This document shows, piece after piece, positions 29,501 through 44,497 of a stretch of DNA of 64,000 nucleotides (position 1 is its first letter; every line of letters begins with the position of its first letter). The stretch comes from Tubiluchus corallicola (Eukaryota; Animalia; Priapulida), in contig JAQGDQ010000030.1 of NCBI GenBank assembly GCA_030141605.1, forward strand, positions 226,748 through 290,747, read 5' to 3'. The position numbers and the translations under genes were made by a program. The notes beneath the pieces were generated by a model. It was not told the DNA's origin. It did no database searches and saw nothing but the letters and a program-made list of their open reading frames with translations.

Positions 29501-32500
29501 CATTTGTTGATGCACTGGATTTCTGTGTGACACTTGTGCGACTACAATATTTTGATTTTTAGTCAAGTAGAATGCAGTGAACTAGTGTGTTTTTACTTTT
29601 TGGGCATCTGTCTTTGCTTGTGTGCTTTGCATGTATTAGCCTATTTACTGAGAACTTTCATGCGCTAAAAATGTCATTAAAAAGGATTAAAATGGTATAA
29701 AAATTTTAAACGGGGCTACAAGGGTGTTTTTAGTTTTAACATTTCTTTAAGATGTATTTATAACGTTGTTTTGACTTGTATTCTGATAAATCGTTTTTAC
29801 GTTCTCATATAAGTTATTTAGCATTTTGTGAAACGAGTTTTTTTATCCATTTAAGTGAGATGAGAAATGCATTTTTTATGAGATGCAAGCCCTTGCAGAT
29901 TCTTGGGAAAGGAGTTTACATGCATAATCCTAACCATAATCCTAATCCGCTTCACGAACTAATTTCTTGTGTGTGGGAAATTGTAAACTTTAGCCATTCT
30001 TGGTTTGATTTTGTAAAGCCTACTGAGCGGGCATGGTATTGTGTAACCAACAGCTTTAATTAAGTGTAAAATTTGTTTATGATCAAGTCAGTAGCTATCG
30101 TCATTAATTAGCAGACTGAGAACTTTCTCTTCTAATTAATGACTACATGCAAGCACTAAATTTTTAATGAAGTCAGCATTAACATTGGATACAGTGAAAT
30201 TCGTTGGTACTGGGCTTTTCGGAATGTAAGAACATCAAACTGGTTTTTATCAGGATTTTCAGTTCTATTGTTATTATATAAGCCTTCTGACATACACAAA
30301 TACAATGTTTCTAATTATAACTGTTTTAGTATTTAGAAGACAAGAAAATCTTTGAGGTATACTGTATTCCTAAAAAACATCTACATTTTAAAAATATTTT
30401 TGTTTGCCATTAACACCTTTATTTTAAATTGACTATCAAAGCTGTTATTACATTGGTTAAACATTCCCTCACTTTCAAGCACATATAATTGATCCGAAAT
30501 ATTACATCCCAGCAACTCATTAAGGTATTAAATAGTGAGCTAATGGCGTCTGTTGCACAAAGGTGTGTGTAATTCTAACATTTTGCTGATTAAACTTTTA
30601 GTGCGTTATTTTTGTGTTATTGATTCGGGAAAACTGCTGTATTCAATATCTCAGCTCACCTGGGTAAGCGCATAAACTTTTTATTTCTGTGGAAGGTTTT
30701 ACTGAACACTTGCATGTAGCATGATAGTGCAGATACGATTAAATTTGGTGCATATTAAATTCAATGTCTATAGAGCTCAGATTAAATGAAAAGTTTCTTG
30801 TTTGAATTCTAAACATGGGTTTGGATTAAGACTGTCTTAATCTGAATTTAGATTTAACATAGGTATATTCCTGTTTAATGCAAGGAAACATTTTTAAAAA
30901 TCAGACACCACAAGGTTTCAGCACATTTCCGTCCATAAAAGTTCTTGAAGCAGTTTTTAAAATGAAATGTATTTTTATGTCCATGGTGGTGTCAAATCTG
31001 CGTTTGAACTTTGAACTGTGATTTCTGTTGGCATGGCATTGACTTCACTTGACTACTTTTAATATATTGTGGCCAAGTTTGAAAATAATCCGACATTATA
31101 CTATAACGAACTCCGCTTGACCCTTATCATCTTCCCGTGTTGTTAACCTGTAATGGGAATCTGTGAGCTTTGCCAGCCTTCGTGTGTCTTAAAGCTGTCA
31201 GCACTAATTAACCATTGGTTTAGACTTGACCTGTTAGAATGACCTCTGCCTGACCAGTCCGCACTATTCAGTCCAGGTCTGAATTGTGGTTTCAGCACGT
31301 GTAGCAGGTGAATCATCTGTTCAATGGTCTTCCTAAGTAACATTTTGAACCCGGATTGACCATTTAAACCACTGATATGTTGTGATCGCGTTTTGTTTGT
31401 GAGCTATATGTGTCAGACAATGACTCCTGTTTGACCAGTCAACAATCGATACTTCTTGCACCAGATTGTGATTAAGCCACAGTTATAACTCGCCTGTCTT
31501 GGCATGTTGTCACACAGTATATAAACTACTAATGATAAACCGACAAATTCATGTATATAATTATCATGGTGACCCTTCCTTGACTAAACATCACCTCAAA
31601 TTTCCATACTTATACAGCATTTACTTGGGGCCAATATGCATTCAAGTAGGACAAGAACCAGGAACCAACCTGAAGCATCTGTTGATTTACCCGTCTTAAT
31701 CTATCACACGTGCTTTAACAAAATTAGTACCATTTCTTTGCACAATTGTTCAGTTCTGTTATTCAAACATCATCTACTATTGTGTTAGGAAGTTGTTCAT
31801 AACTGCTTCGCATGCCGTTGACTGTTAAAGTTGGGGTGAAATTGCTTCTGAAGTACCTAAATACTTCTCAAGTTGCAAACTGGATGATCTTTAAAAGAAC
31901 CTCAAGTGAATGCTTCATGACTATGAACAGTTCTCTGTGCGTAACATGTTTGGTAGATCATGGGAACCCTAAACAATGAGTACATTATGAAGACTTACGT
32001 GTGACATGCGGGTCCATAAAATATTATCCGCGTCATAATTTTTGTTTTTAATGGTCTTTTTTAATATATTGCGAATGCGTGAGATGCCTTCATGCGAATC
32101 GCTTTTATAATGGTCGTTAAAAATATTATCATTACATGTAGGCTTGTCCAGTAGTTAATGATATTTGAAGTTATGAAATGTTATGACACCAATAGATGAA
32201 ATAAGCCAGCTGCCTATTTCGAGTCAAATTGAGCAATATCAATAGAACTGAGGTCAGGCGATAGATCAGATTTGAATTTTCGATTGTATCTATATTTTTT
32301 TAATGTTTCCTACCAATACCTAAACAACAGTTGGCCATTCAGTTTTTGTGAATCTGAGACAAAAGGAACTTTTTATGAATGTGTGTTAAAATCATCATGC
32401 TTTAAAACAGAGTTTAAATTTAATGGAATTAAATTCATTAATAAGTGCAATAATAAACTAATTATTACAGGTAAAGATATAGCCACAATAACCATATGCA

Positions 32501-35500
32501 ATGTAAAAATTTTGAAATAACAGTTGTTTTTGTCTACAGCACCATGCATTCATACAAGTCCTTATCCGAACAAATATCATTGTTTATTAACGTAAGTAAC
32601 AGATGAGATGAATTATGATAATACACAACAGATATACAGAAACACACATTACAAATAATACTACATTGTAATTGGAAGCTATATTACGTGTTGTTCATGA
32701 GTATTAAATTTTGCTACCCTCTTTAGTCAATACCTTTTCCCTGTAGCTGTTGAAGTCATCAATTTTCTTCAAATTAAGATCACTTTATCTCCTGCGGGGA
32801 ATTTCTTGTAACCTTGAGCGTCTCTCCTGATTTGACAAGCTCACATATAACCTGTAAATCGTGGGAAGCAAGTCAAACATAACGAAAAAGATCCGTAAGG
32901 CGGTGTGCCAAGTTTTTACAAAAGAGAAGCAAAACGTGAGCAAGTAAAAGATGACCGGAGGGTAGACATATGATCAGATCGCTTGCTTTCTAAACTAGTA
33001 AATGAAATCTTTGGAGTCTCTCAATTAACCGGCTAAGTACCAGTTTTCTTACCTAGTTAGAAAAGAATGTGATTATAGGCATAAAGGAGAGTAAATGCAG
33101 CAATTTGCTGATCAAACAAATACTAATTTTTCTGTATTGGCAAATTGAAATTTGAAAGTTTTTATAAAGATAAAGCTAGTACCACATTAAAGGTGAGAAA
33201 TAGGTAAGAGTATAAGAAAGGTAACTACATAAAATAAATAGGAAGTAGTGTTTTTTCTGTCTTGTTACAGTCTTTACCCAAAGTTGGATAAAAAAAATTA
33301 AATCTTATTTAGAATAGGATATACACTCTGTAAATTAAAATTGAACACAAAAAAAATTACACATAAAGACACGCATGAATTTCACACAAATTTAGCAAAT
33401 TTGTTAAAACATTTTCCTATTAGTAATGAGAACAAAAAGGCAGTTGTATGGAATTTCAAAAAAAAGTTATAATGGTGCAAAAATGAAGTATTAACCAATA
33501 TTTATAGCTGTAGCAGTAGAACACGGCAGGCTCAAGAATTTCGTTCTATTTTCAGTATTTGCTGCTCACTGAAATTGGACCGATCATTTGGAATATTTAC
33601 TGATGACATATTTTTGCACCCTTTTGAACTTTTTTCTCGATATTTACCTGTACTTTTGTATTACAGTTGGTATTTTAAACAGTTTTTTTTATGATTGCAA
33701 ACATTAAACGGTGACATTGAGGGTGGATAATAATTACATGATGACAGAATTAAGAATTGTGCTTATGTAGTAGGGTTGCAATATTATGAAGTATTGTTTC
33801 TTGTAATGTAATATAGTGTGAAAAAACAATTCTGCAATAAAGGCCATATCGTCTAGTTTACCTGTCTTGTGCTACATGTTGTAAGCGTCAAATTTGTGAC
33901 ATTGTTGACAAGTTAGTCCCAAATTTGTGACAGGTTACATGCTGCTGAATTAGCAAAATGTACATGCATCCATGTTTTTTCTTATTAGCATATAAAAAAT
34001 ATAGGGTAGCATGACACATAACCTATTATGGCAGCACAGCTAATGCTCTTGTTAACGTGCAAACCTTTGTTCTCCCTTGCTCTCTCTCTGATAGCCCCCG
34101 AGTTCAACAAATGTACAATAGGTAATGATACGATTATAACTTAAATGTGCCAGGTGTGGTATAATTGTCTGTGCAGTCAATAATGTATGGTGATTGTAGT
34201 ACAGGTGTATACTTAGTTACCTGTTGATGGCTGGTAAGTGATACGACAACAACAGTGCCAAATGATTGGTCAGCTTTGGCAGAAAATTAATTTAAATTTT
34301 AAGAGGAATATTTTTTCCATTTAGTTTATTTCTCATCCAGTCGCATAGCAGTAGTGGTCTTAGGCCTTTGAAAATATGATGTTCCTGAAAGAACACAATG
34401 GTTTGATAAAGGTCTTAAGATAAAGAATTTTAAATAATGTTATTGTTAGTATTATTGCTAATTTAAAGAAATTTATCTCTTGATTAATTATTTATAATTC
34501 TGGACTCTCCTTTTACAGTATTTTTTGCTTTTATGGCCGTCAGAGAAATGCACATACTTAAAACACTTATTGTTCTTTGGACTTGTCGTGAAAGAAGTAA
34601 TCTCTTATTATTAGTAATTTATAATTCTGTAGTGCCAAGTATTGGTAACCTTATGATTCTGTAATAGTCATGTATACGTTAGACATGTTATTTTGTCTAA
34701 CATATACAAATGATAAAAAACAATTTATACATAATTAAGTTTGTAGATACAATGATTCTTGCAATAATTTTGTTATTCTTTTTTTTGTGCATTTTATGTC
34801 CTAATTTGTCACTTCTCTATGTAAAGAAGAACTAAATAACTGGTTAGTGTGTTTAACTTGGACGATTCTGCGTTTTATTTTCATTCTGAACAGGCCTATA
34901 ACTAGGTGGATTTCTGGTTGTTTCGTTTCTTCGAATACTGCTAATACATGCACCTCTTCATGAACTGTAAATGGTAGCTTGTGACAACATTAATAGGTTT
35001 GATAACATTATGTAAACTTGCGGCTTGTAAGTACCCATGTACGTAGATAACCTAGACTTCTTACGTCAAATAAAGTTTCTGTGCGAGTAGTAATGTATTT
35101 ATATACACAGATGTCCAATGTCCATATTTACGTGGTTTAATATATTTAAGCCTAAAGAAAAAATGGTAAAAAAATGGTTGACCTCTCGTTTGAAAGAAAC
35201 CAAAAGACTTGTACTCGTTTTTTCTGTAGAATTTTATGCAGTTTGAACTTTTGATTGTTCACAAAAGTATAGCTCAAAATTCATTTCTTCTCACTGAATG
35301 ATCATCCTAGTGTCGTTAGTAACTGTAGTTTAGGGTAAATAAATCTGTTGGGTCAAAGACATCTTACTCCCTATTCTGTGTTTCCTGTCTGTGGAATGTA
35401 GATATCTGTTAAGTTCATCAGTAATTGCATTATTAACCAAAATAAAGGAAAAGCGCCATTAAACACCCTGTTTCCTGGTGAGGTTAGTTTCAGAGTCGGT

Positions 35501-38500
35501 TTTAATTCGTATAATTATTGATAATTTACGAATAAAAGATGGTACTAATGAGTAATCCGGTGTATAACAATAGTCACGTATTTGTAGCGCTTTCTAGATT
35601 TAGTTAACCCGTTTTTCGTTACTTCCGGTAGCCTGAACATCGCACTTTGCTTATTTATTTATTTTCTCATTAATCATTTAACGTTACAGATGATGTGAGT
35701 GATGTCACTCATGTTGTTATGGCTGCTAAGCCTTCAGTGAGTTACCGTTTCATACCTGTGCGGTCGTAAAGATTGGAATGCGATCGTAAATCTTTGCATT
35801 CTTAAGACTAACTAGCGTCTTGTGTATACAGCCTGAAATCTCAATGCTTTTCTAGCGCCTGATACACCTGCTCACTCCCGTGCCTTTTTGTACTCCTATT
35901 TGTGCTTATAATTCCAATGACACAAAAGTTAGTGTTAAGTAAGGCTTGTGGGCACCTTGCGCCTTTGAATGTTCAGTCATTGGTTCAAAGTAAAATTTTA
36001 ATTTGAAAGGGAAAATTTATTAGCGGACATTTGTGTAAGCTTGCAGCTTGAAAACTGTACATTTATTTAACTTGATTACAGTGTATAAGTTAAGTTCTCT
36101 TTAAAATTTTGTACCTGAATAAATTTGCCTACTCAAGTTGTAATGGCATTCTGACAGGCGGTTGTCTAATGCAATTGACCACAAAAAAAAACTAAACCAG
36201 TAGTTTTTTGCTCAATATATGCATAAAAATCCTGCATTAGAATTAATGTGAAATATTTTGCTCAGCACTGTAATTTTGTTCAACTCGTGTTTTAAAAATT
36301 AAATATAAAGCGATGCAGATGAATTGTAGTTTTTTGTTGTTGAAGTTAGTTGAAGATCTATGCATTCACAGTTCCACATCCGGAATGTGTGTTTTAGAGC
36401 GAGAATCTTGATAATTGTCCCAAACTGACATATGAAGGAGACTAATATCATTTTAATAGTAACCGTAATCATATGGTGATAGCTTCTTCCTTTCGTTTGA
36501 GTTTTTTGTCTCAGAATCGTTGGTGTTACACTTCTGCACGTGGCATCTCTAGCTTAAATGTTACTTGTATATGTATGCAGTTATCTTTGTATTATGTGTA
36601 TGTACGTACATATTCAAGATGTGCTAGATTTGCGTACAGTACTCTTACAAAACGGTGCTGCAATTTTTGGTAAACTGTGTTTCGAGCTTTTCGTCATACC
36701 TGATGATAGCTGTTATCTATTACAAGGTAATTGATGCGTATGTTGGTCTGCCCTAGCTCTGCTACTTTCCACATCTGGATTTGTAATGTCTGATGTAGAA
36801 AGGCTGAGTGTCAGCTTGGTTTCAGAAATGCAGATGACGCAAGAGCTGCTAGAATCAGTTGAATTCCTTATAGGTGCATAATCTGTTAATTTGGTATTAT
36901 TGATTTATGTGTGATAGTTGATGTTATTTGATCTGACAGTACGAACCTGCTATCCTGTTCCAGTTTTTTAATCTTTACATTATATTTGGCAATTCAGCTG
37001 ATTTAGATAGAATTCTGCACTTTCACAAAATTTGGATTCGAATTCTGCACTTTCACTAGTTCACTGCGACTGTATGACTGCAAAGCTAAGAGGTTTGGGT
37101 TTTCTTCTGTTCAGTATATTTTATGTTCTCGAGATAAGCGATGTCATGTCAGTGTTAGCTGATTTCTTGTTTACATATTGCAGCCATGACCAGCATAGAA
37201 GTGAAATTTGAAAGGAAGACAGGATGATTTTTATATACTACCCCAATTTCAAGTACGGTAAAAAGTATGGCACATTTTAACACTAATAATACTGCAAAAG
37301 CGTTTCTGATAATTAAATAATAGGTCAAAATCTTAATTAACGGCGGGCGAGCACAAATTTGATGACATCACAACTGAACATAATTTTCCTTAGCATAAAC
37401 ATTCCATGAGTGTGTTGCACGTGTTTACAAAAGCGAAAATTGAGGTTTAGTGCTACTGTAAGAAATACAGCGTGTTATATTAAAATTCGGCAAGTATTAA
37501 AATAAAAATTCAAATTTCAAATACCGCTATGCTCACGCATGACCTGTCGAGCGTGTTTGACTTACAGTTTAAGATTGGGTCTTTTCTTCCTTTAAGGTTT
37601 TGTGTTGGAAACACATTTGCAGAATGTTAATTATTGGAAAAGTTGAACTGTTCACATCTTAATTGCTTCTGCTCTTAAGACTTAAGCTTAATTGAATATG
37701 TTTTGTGCAACATTAATAGAATTCTATTTCTGTAAGTTGTTTTGATACCATCCCAGCTAGTTATTAGTAGCTGCCTATTAAAAATTGAAGGTGATTAAAG
37801 TCTCATTTGTCAAGTATAATAGTTTTACAACCTTAAGCGAAATTTATTTGTACTTTCGTTAGTGCAGCATACAATTTTTATTACATGTGGAAAACTAATC
37901 CAGATTAATTATTAATACGTTAAGGTGCAAATTCGTAAATTATTGCTGTTATTAGTTTAACATAATACTGTAATTTGATAGGCAGAGTTTGAAAAAAGTG
38001 AACAACTGCGGCTTTATTAGCAAATGATTTTAAACAGACATTGGCAGAGATTGGAGTGAAAGCTGTATGCTTACTTCCCTAATGGTCTCGTAATATTATT
38101 TTTGATAGAATTAACTGAAAATAATAAAAATCTGCATGTCATATCAAGTGGCCTTCAGCATTATCTCTATAATTTCTCAATGTATGGCATAAACATTTAG
38201 TAAATACTTTTACGGATTTGGAGCCAAGTTACAAAAAATAAAGGAACTGCAAAAATGGTTCACTGAAGCTGCCAGATATGTGTAAGTTTTTTGGTGCTCT
38301 AATATATGTACTAAACAGATGCAATAATAAGCATTATTGTGTTTTAAATAACATTTATAAGGTTATAGTGCTAAATGATACTTACAATACTTCTTATGAT
38401 TGTTACTGTGAATCTTATACGTTAAACTCAATTCAAGATTTTTAGGATAAATAATAAAAAATAGCAACATTTCAAATAATTTCCATAGGTGAAGATTTGT

Positions 38501-39263
38501 GTAGAGGATTTTTTGGTCTTGCTCTTTAATTAGCCTTTATCTGAACTTTTTGAGATTGTTGTTATTTATTTTTGTATAGGCTCTTAAAATCTGAATATGG
38601 GCAAAAACATTTTCCTGCTTGTTAGGTATTACAGTGGGGATCTGAACTTACTCAACTTATCATTTAAAATGTAAGTCAGCAATAGAAGAGGTTTTTAGAA
38701 AAACTTTAATGAGAAAAAACTATGCCACAAAAAACTCATAGTAGACAACATCAAGTCTATAATATTGTTGTGAAAACTGAATGAGATCAATGTACCATAT
38801 AAATTATTTAGAATTCATGAAACGTAAAATCTTATTTTCTTAATTAGACTGATTTAAGAATTTTTATGTTTAAATATTATTTAACTAAAAAAGTGTTTAA
38901 CTTTTCCTGTTTAATTTTTGTGGTTTAATAACATTTTTTTATTTTAACCAAACACTTTTGTTAAATATAGTAATTCAAGGTTAAAAATTGCTTTTTTAAT
39001 TCCCAAAATTGACAGAACTGGGCCACTAGTTTATTTCCCGAAAAATTGTAGTTCAACGTGGGAAAGAAATTATTGGAAGTTTAAAAGAGAGAGACCCCTT
39101 GTCCTGTTAATTACTGGGTTGATGGTATTTGTACCAATTAGATGCGCTGTTATTCGCTTAGCTAGCTTTGTTCTGCTTGGTGAAGACTGGTTCATTCACA
39201 TGTAAGGTATTCCTGGTTAGTTAGTTAGTGCTTGAGTGTTTCACACACACAAAGTTTGCCTGT

Positions 39264-39596
39264 CACTGGTAACAACTGTAACTGTTAATAGGTCTTTAAA
39301 GATTAGTGACCAGAAGAGGTATTGAATCTAGATGTTTACGTGGTCAGTGGTCGGCGGTCAGTGATTTAAACATCAGTATTTTTAGGATGTTTTGGCATTT
39401 GTAATTCGGTGGCTGTTGTAGTTAACGTCTCACTGGTAACAACATTTACTGTTGCTACGTCTTTAATGATTAGTGACCAGAAGAGCTCTCAAATCTTGAT
39501 GTTTACGTGGTCAGTGGTCAGTTATTTGAATATCAGTAATTTTAGAATATGTTTCGGCATTTGTAATTAATGAAAATCGGTGGCTGTTGTAGTTAT
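39264..39596 (+). repeat. Tandem duplication, two diverged units of about 166 bp
   Basis: TCACTGGTAACAAC, GATTAGTGACCAGAAGAG, GATGTTTACGTGGTCAGTGGTC and TCGGTGGCTGTTGTAGTTA each occur twice in the same order. Confidence 0.9.
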
Positions 39597-41052
39597 AGGG
39601 TTGTAAGCGGCTAAGTGTATTAACGTCAACTGTGCACACTGCGCATACACTGCACTGCAGTTTATAATAGTTCACAAATAATGCTAACTCATTAATTTTG
39701 CCTTGCTGTTGTTTTTCGTTGTTCTCTTGGATCTCCCAAAGCAAAAACTTTCTCTTATTTTTATTGTTCTGCAGAAATTGCACAACACAGTACACAGCAA
39801 CAACAAGCGAATGAGAATAGCTACCCTTATGTATGCCGGCGTGATATTGTGTGGAAGTTGTGCCTTTCTGTTGTGCCTTACTTAAAGCAAGCATCTTATG
39901 TATTGAGTTAGAAACGAGTGGAGTCGCTTTGTGTTCCAGAATCCTACAGGGACCTTCCAAAAGTCAGGAACGTATTGCTGACTTTCTTTTTGGTCAGAAT
40001 TCGTTTTCGTATTTTTAAGGGTTAAATTATTGCTTTACTAAATTTTAGTCTTGTTAACTTTAGTTTGCTTCATTCATGTAAGTGTTTCTGAAATGATGCC
40101 AATTATGTTTAGCCTAATACATGCTCGCGCGAAATTAGTTTGCTAAGTCAGATTCGCATAAATTTTGTTTTAATTGCTGGTTTCCTGCCAGGAATACTGT
40201 TTTCGTCTTGGCCTAAAAGTATCATTTAAAATTGTGCGACAAGACCTTTAATGTGGAGAATTAAGCTCGATAGAATGAATTTTAATTTTTTGCTAAACTG
40301 TAGGATCGGAAATTTTTAGTTTGTGACATTTTGGCCCAAATCACCTGGCCTTGATCTAATTAACAGTAATTAGAGCTCAACTGATTGCAGCTTCCTATAC
40401 CAAGCGTAAATCAACCATTATGCGACGTAATGAATAGCATTGTAGCTCCGTCACCTTTTAAATAATTCGTCATACAAAGTTGTAGCAAAGAGTCACTTAA
40501 ACCCCTTTTATGAGTACAACAAACCGTGAAATACTTTTACAGTAATTTGTGTAAAACACATTCTCCAACATGTGTAGATTTAATCATGTATGGGGATTAA
40601 CAATATATATGCATGGCGTAGAATGTTTTAACAGCAGTTTAGTGAAATTACACTGCGCGCCATGGCCTTTTCGTCTTCATTCCATAATCCATTGTAAACT
40701 TACTAGTATTTTGTTTTCATTATTCATTTTAAAGTATTTTGCAGTATTGTTTTAAAGTTACAGCATTTTTAGTAACCTCATTTGTAATGCCCCTCAAAAG
40801 ACCTCGTTTCTTCATGGAAAATTCTTAGGTTTAGCTCTTTGTTTTTTGAGACAGGGCGCTAAGACTACAGAACTAGTTATAAAAAATACTGATGTTGGAG
40901 GTTCTTTTGTATCACGACCCGCTTCAATTTCTGCACATGCATTCAGAATCAGATATAATTTGTACTTTTGTATGACTGTTTTAATCAATTTTTAATAGCG
41001 GTGTAACATCGTGGAAGGACGCCCTGCTTCTTCACCATTGTCCTCTCTGGTC

Positions 41053-41362
41053 GTTGCACCTGGGAACTGTTCGACCTGGTTTTGTTCTTGCCGTGTAATC
41101 CGTCGCTTTTATCCGGATTCTAATTGTTGCTTTTGTGCCCGCGGTGTCGCCATGGCAACAGCTGCAACCGGATCTGCATGGCAAAGTTGCATGGCTTCAT
41201 CAAGTACAGACAGGTGTGTAATAATTACTCACCTACCTGCCTGAACTCAGTGTAACATGGAAGTTGAACGAAGGGGCTGCATGCAGGGAGAACATGAATT
41301 AACTCGTTACATGGCAAGTGACGTCAGCGTAACAGGTTTCAGAGTTATTTTAACGAATGGCG
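41053..41362. promoter_or_regulatory. Candidate promoter/enhancer with RFX X-box and CRE upstream of gene 2
   Basis: GTCGCCATGGCAAC at 41146-41159 (13/14 match to GTTGCCATGGCAAC), TGACGTCA at 41319-41326, ATGGCG at 41357, locally raised GC/CpG. Confidence 0.5.
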
Positions 41363-44300
41363 GCCGGTTTTGGTATTGGCGAGAAGGATAAGAAAATTCT
41401 GAAGTTATCTAGTAATTTGATGTTTATTTTAGTTTATGTAACAATAATGGGGCGTGATTTTTAAGATAAAAAGGTGAACATTTTGTGGTTGTACTTGTTC
41501 TTATGTTGTTTGCAATATTAACGGGACGTGCAAGATTTAGCCTTTTGAACTGAGTTGAGGGTGCGCACATGGGTATTGGCTTTCTAGGATCTGGAATTTA
41601 GTTTTCTGTTTTTATTTGTTTATTTATTGGTTTCTCCGTGGTCTTACTTTTGGCTTTTCGTTGGTCGGCTATGCGGGCCACTGCGATACTGTAGCTTTTT
41701 TGCTGCCGTGATAACTATATAAAGGCTTCCAGTAATGTTATAATAATAAAAAGGTTTTAGTACAATAACTAAAGTTGTTAACATGATTTATTGACTAGTG
41801 TTAGAAAGTATTTCTTGTTAAACACATGCGACATTGGTCAGACAATTGTAAATTCAATTGTAGTGTACGTACATGTAGCTGATATGTATGTACAATAATA
41901 GTAGATAATGCTGTTGACGCTTGATATGCTTTTGTACCACACTAATGATGCAGGTTCTTTGTGCTTGTTTTTTTACGCGCGCTGCTTGTTTTGTGCTAAT
42001 TTTTCTCAAATATTTACGACTGAAGTTTTCGTCATTGCGCATCTAAAATTAGTGTTTGCGGTATGTATAATTAGATGTATTTTAATTAACGACGAAGTGC
42101 TCTTCGTACTGTATTTTGCACTGTAGAACAAAGGACACTTGTTTTTGCATGCCGCAACTTAAATTACCAACTGCTCATATGTATGTGGCTACTGTAATCT
42201 GTTTAGTGGTTTTTCAGTCTCTTTACAATGAAGGTTGTTGTACTGTAGAAAAATCTTCTATTTGTACCAATAATTTCCAGCTGACCCGCTACTAAGGTGA
42301 TTGTAGACAGAATGTTATAGCTAATTGCCAAATTTTTTTTGAACGGGTCTTGGGAAATTATCGCGCGTGATTAAGAGCGCGTGCCTGCTCTGTTTCAGGG
42401 TCATTTTCTTGTGCCTCCACTGCCTTGCTGTGTTTTGCTTTATAGCTTGTGTTTGTTTGTGATGATTCATTCAGGTGTATATAGTTGATAGAGTGCCTGG
42501 CGTAGTTGCTTGTGCAGAACTATCTTTGCTCTTTAGCACTCGACAGTACGTATTTAACCTAGCAAAATGAGATGTTTGTCTGGATCAAACTACTGCAACA
42601 GCTGCTAAATTTATAACACAAAGTGTGTCATATTTTCAACTAATTCTGTATAGTATATTTACATCACTGGACTAAGTGCACACTGAAGTCACCACATAAC
42701 AGTCATAATCATTTCAATAGTACACTCTTTTTGACTAGTAACGTAAGATAGATGTATGTTTATTATCACTGCAGCGTAAATTGATGGCACAATCATCCTG
42801 ACTTTGACCTTTGAGTTAGTGATCCTATATTGCTCAAGGCATGAGTATAACTTACTAACTGGAGCACAAGTCAAGTTTGTTACGTATGTCTCAGAAAGTT
42901 CTACAAAGTTTAGAAATACGAACATCTCGGGGCTCGTGGATAGCGTGATGGGAAACAATGCATATTAATGACTAAATTAAGTATAGTCAAATTAGGTTAG
43001 TATAGTTGTTCAGTGCATGACATACACGCAAAATAGGTGAACTAATATTTAATTTCAGATGTGTTTTTTACTTCAGGAATAAATTCTGATTGGCTAACGT
43101 TTGAAAAATGATTGTGAAATAGTTAATTAATATCATTATTAACACTAATAATATATAGAGTATATTATTGTTAATGGCATAAACCAGTTGTTGAATTTCA
43201 CATTTCCCTATTTTTTGAGCAAGTTTGGTTTCAAAGATTCCATAGTTATTATTGTGGGTTTATTCGATTATTAGTAATAATCCTGAAATTAAGGTTATAA
43301 ATAATTTATTGTATTTTCTCTCGCTGCCGACTATAATTGTCATTTCACCTTTGCCTAACAGTCCTACCTGTGTTTCACCAATCTGTGTTTTGTCTGCTTT
43401 GTTTACTGGTTAGGTTCAATTAATTGCACTAGTTCAACAATGAATCCTTGGTTTTCTCCAAATTGGCACAAATAATTATTACTTGGTCATAATGATACTG
43501 CTGTTTTTTCGTTTAATTTTCTGTTAAGGGGTGGTAAAATACCTTTCTTGCAAATGTGTGCATTGTCTTATGTTGAAATACATCATCATTCTCATAATAA
43601 TTATGCATTGTTTTTGTGGCCCTGTTAATTATTAAGGATAGCCTGTTTTTGTTTTTTTACCAAAATAATGGAGTTTTTGAAGGTATTCTATTTCTGTATG
43701 CTACCTCCTCCCCCTAATTCAAGGCGTTCAACAGGAAATGGTCCTTCATATCATTGGAGAGCTCTGACTAATGCTTTTGTGCTCACTCGGGGGTAGACTT
43801 TAGATGAAAATCCCAAAAATAATTTTGCGCAGTTTTTGATTCTGTCCGGTGTTATCCTACGGCTATTTCTTCATTGCAGTTGTGGATTTATGCGGTAAAA
43901 CTCAGACTTCCTCTTCGAAACTGGCCTTGCTAATTCTACGTTATGTTTTGCTACCCCTCTGATCCAAAATATTTTCGGTCTTCCACTTTTACTTTCATTG
44001 TCAGTCACGCTTACTGGATTGCACCGTGTAATATTGTGATCAGAAATGTCATTCCTACAAGCTGTTACCTGCTTTGATTAATTGGCTGTTGGTGACACTA
44101 TGATAGTTTTGCGAGTTTGTGTTGCTGTTGTTATCATTGTCATTAAATTAATCACATGGCATTTATCGTTATTTCTTCACATAACTTCACAAAATGGAAT
44201 TTCAGCTGTACACTCAAGTTTCACCTTACGTTCCACTACTGTTTACTGTAAAGTGTTTTTGATGTTTTAAGAAGAGAACTAACAGTTGTTTGTGCTGCTT

Positions 44301-44497
44301 GAACTGAACGAAATGCCACCTATATAAGTTTAACAGTTATTGCGTGCCAAGTTTGCATGATTGTAACTTTTGGTTGCAGTGCATCAATTGTTTGACAAAC
44401 GTACAGAAACTGTGACAATGTCATGATTTTTCTTGTCTTTTTCGAACTTTTTGTGTGCATAATGGTACCAACTCTTACCATACATTTCCTCTTCCAG

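Noticed and set aside
39511-39960. 149-aa minus-strand ORF
   Set aside because: Non-ATG start, overlaps a tandem duplication, no splice or domain support.
44423-44497. Hydrophobic N-terminus (signal or TM) on the 560-aa ORF
   Set aside because: It lies upstream of the splice acceptor at 44497 and is more simply T-rich intron sequence.
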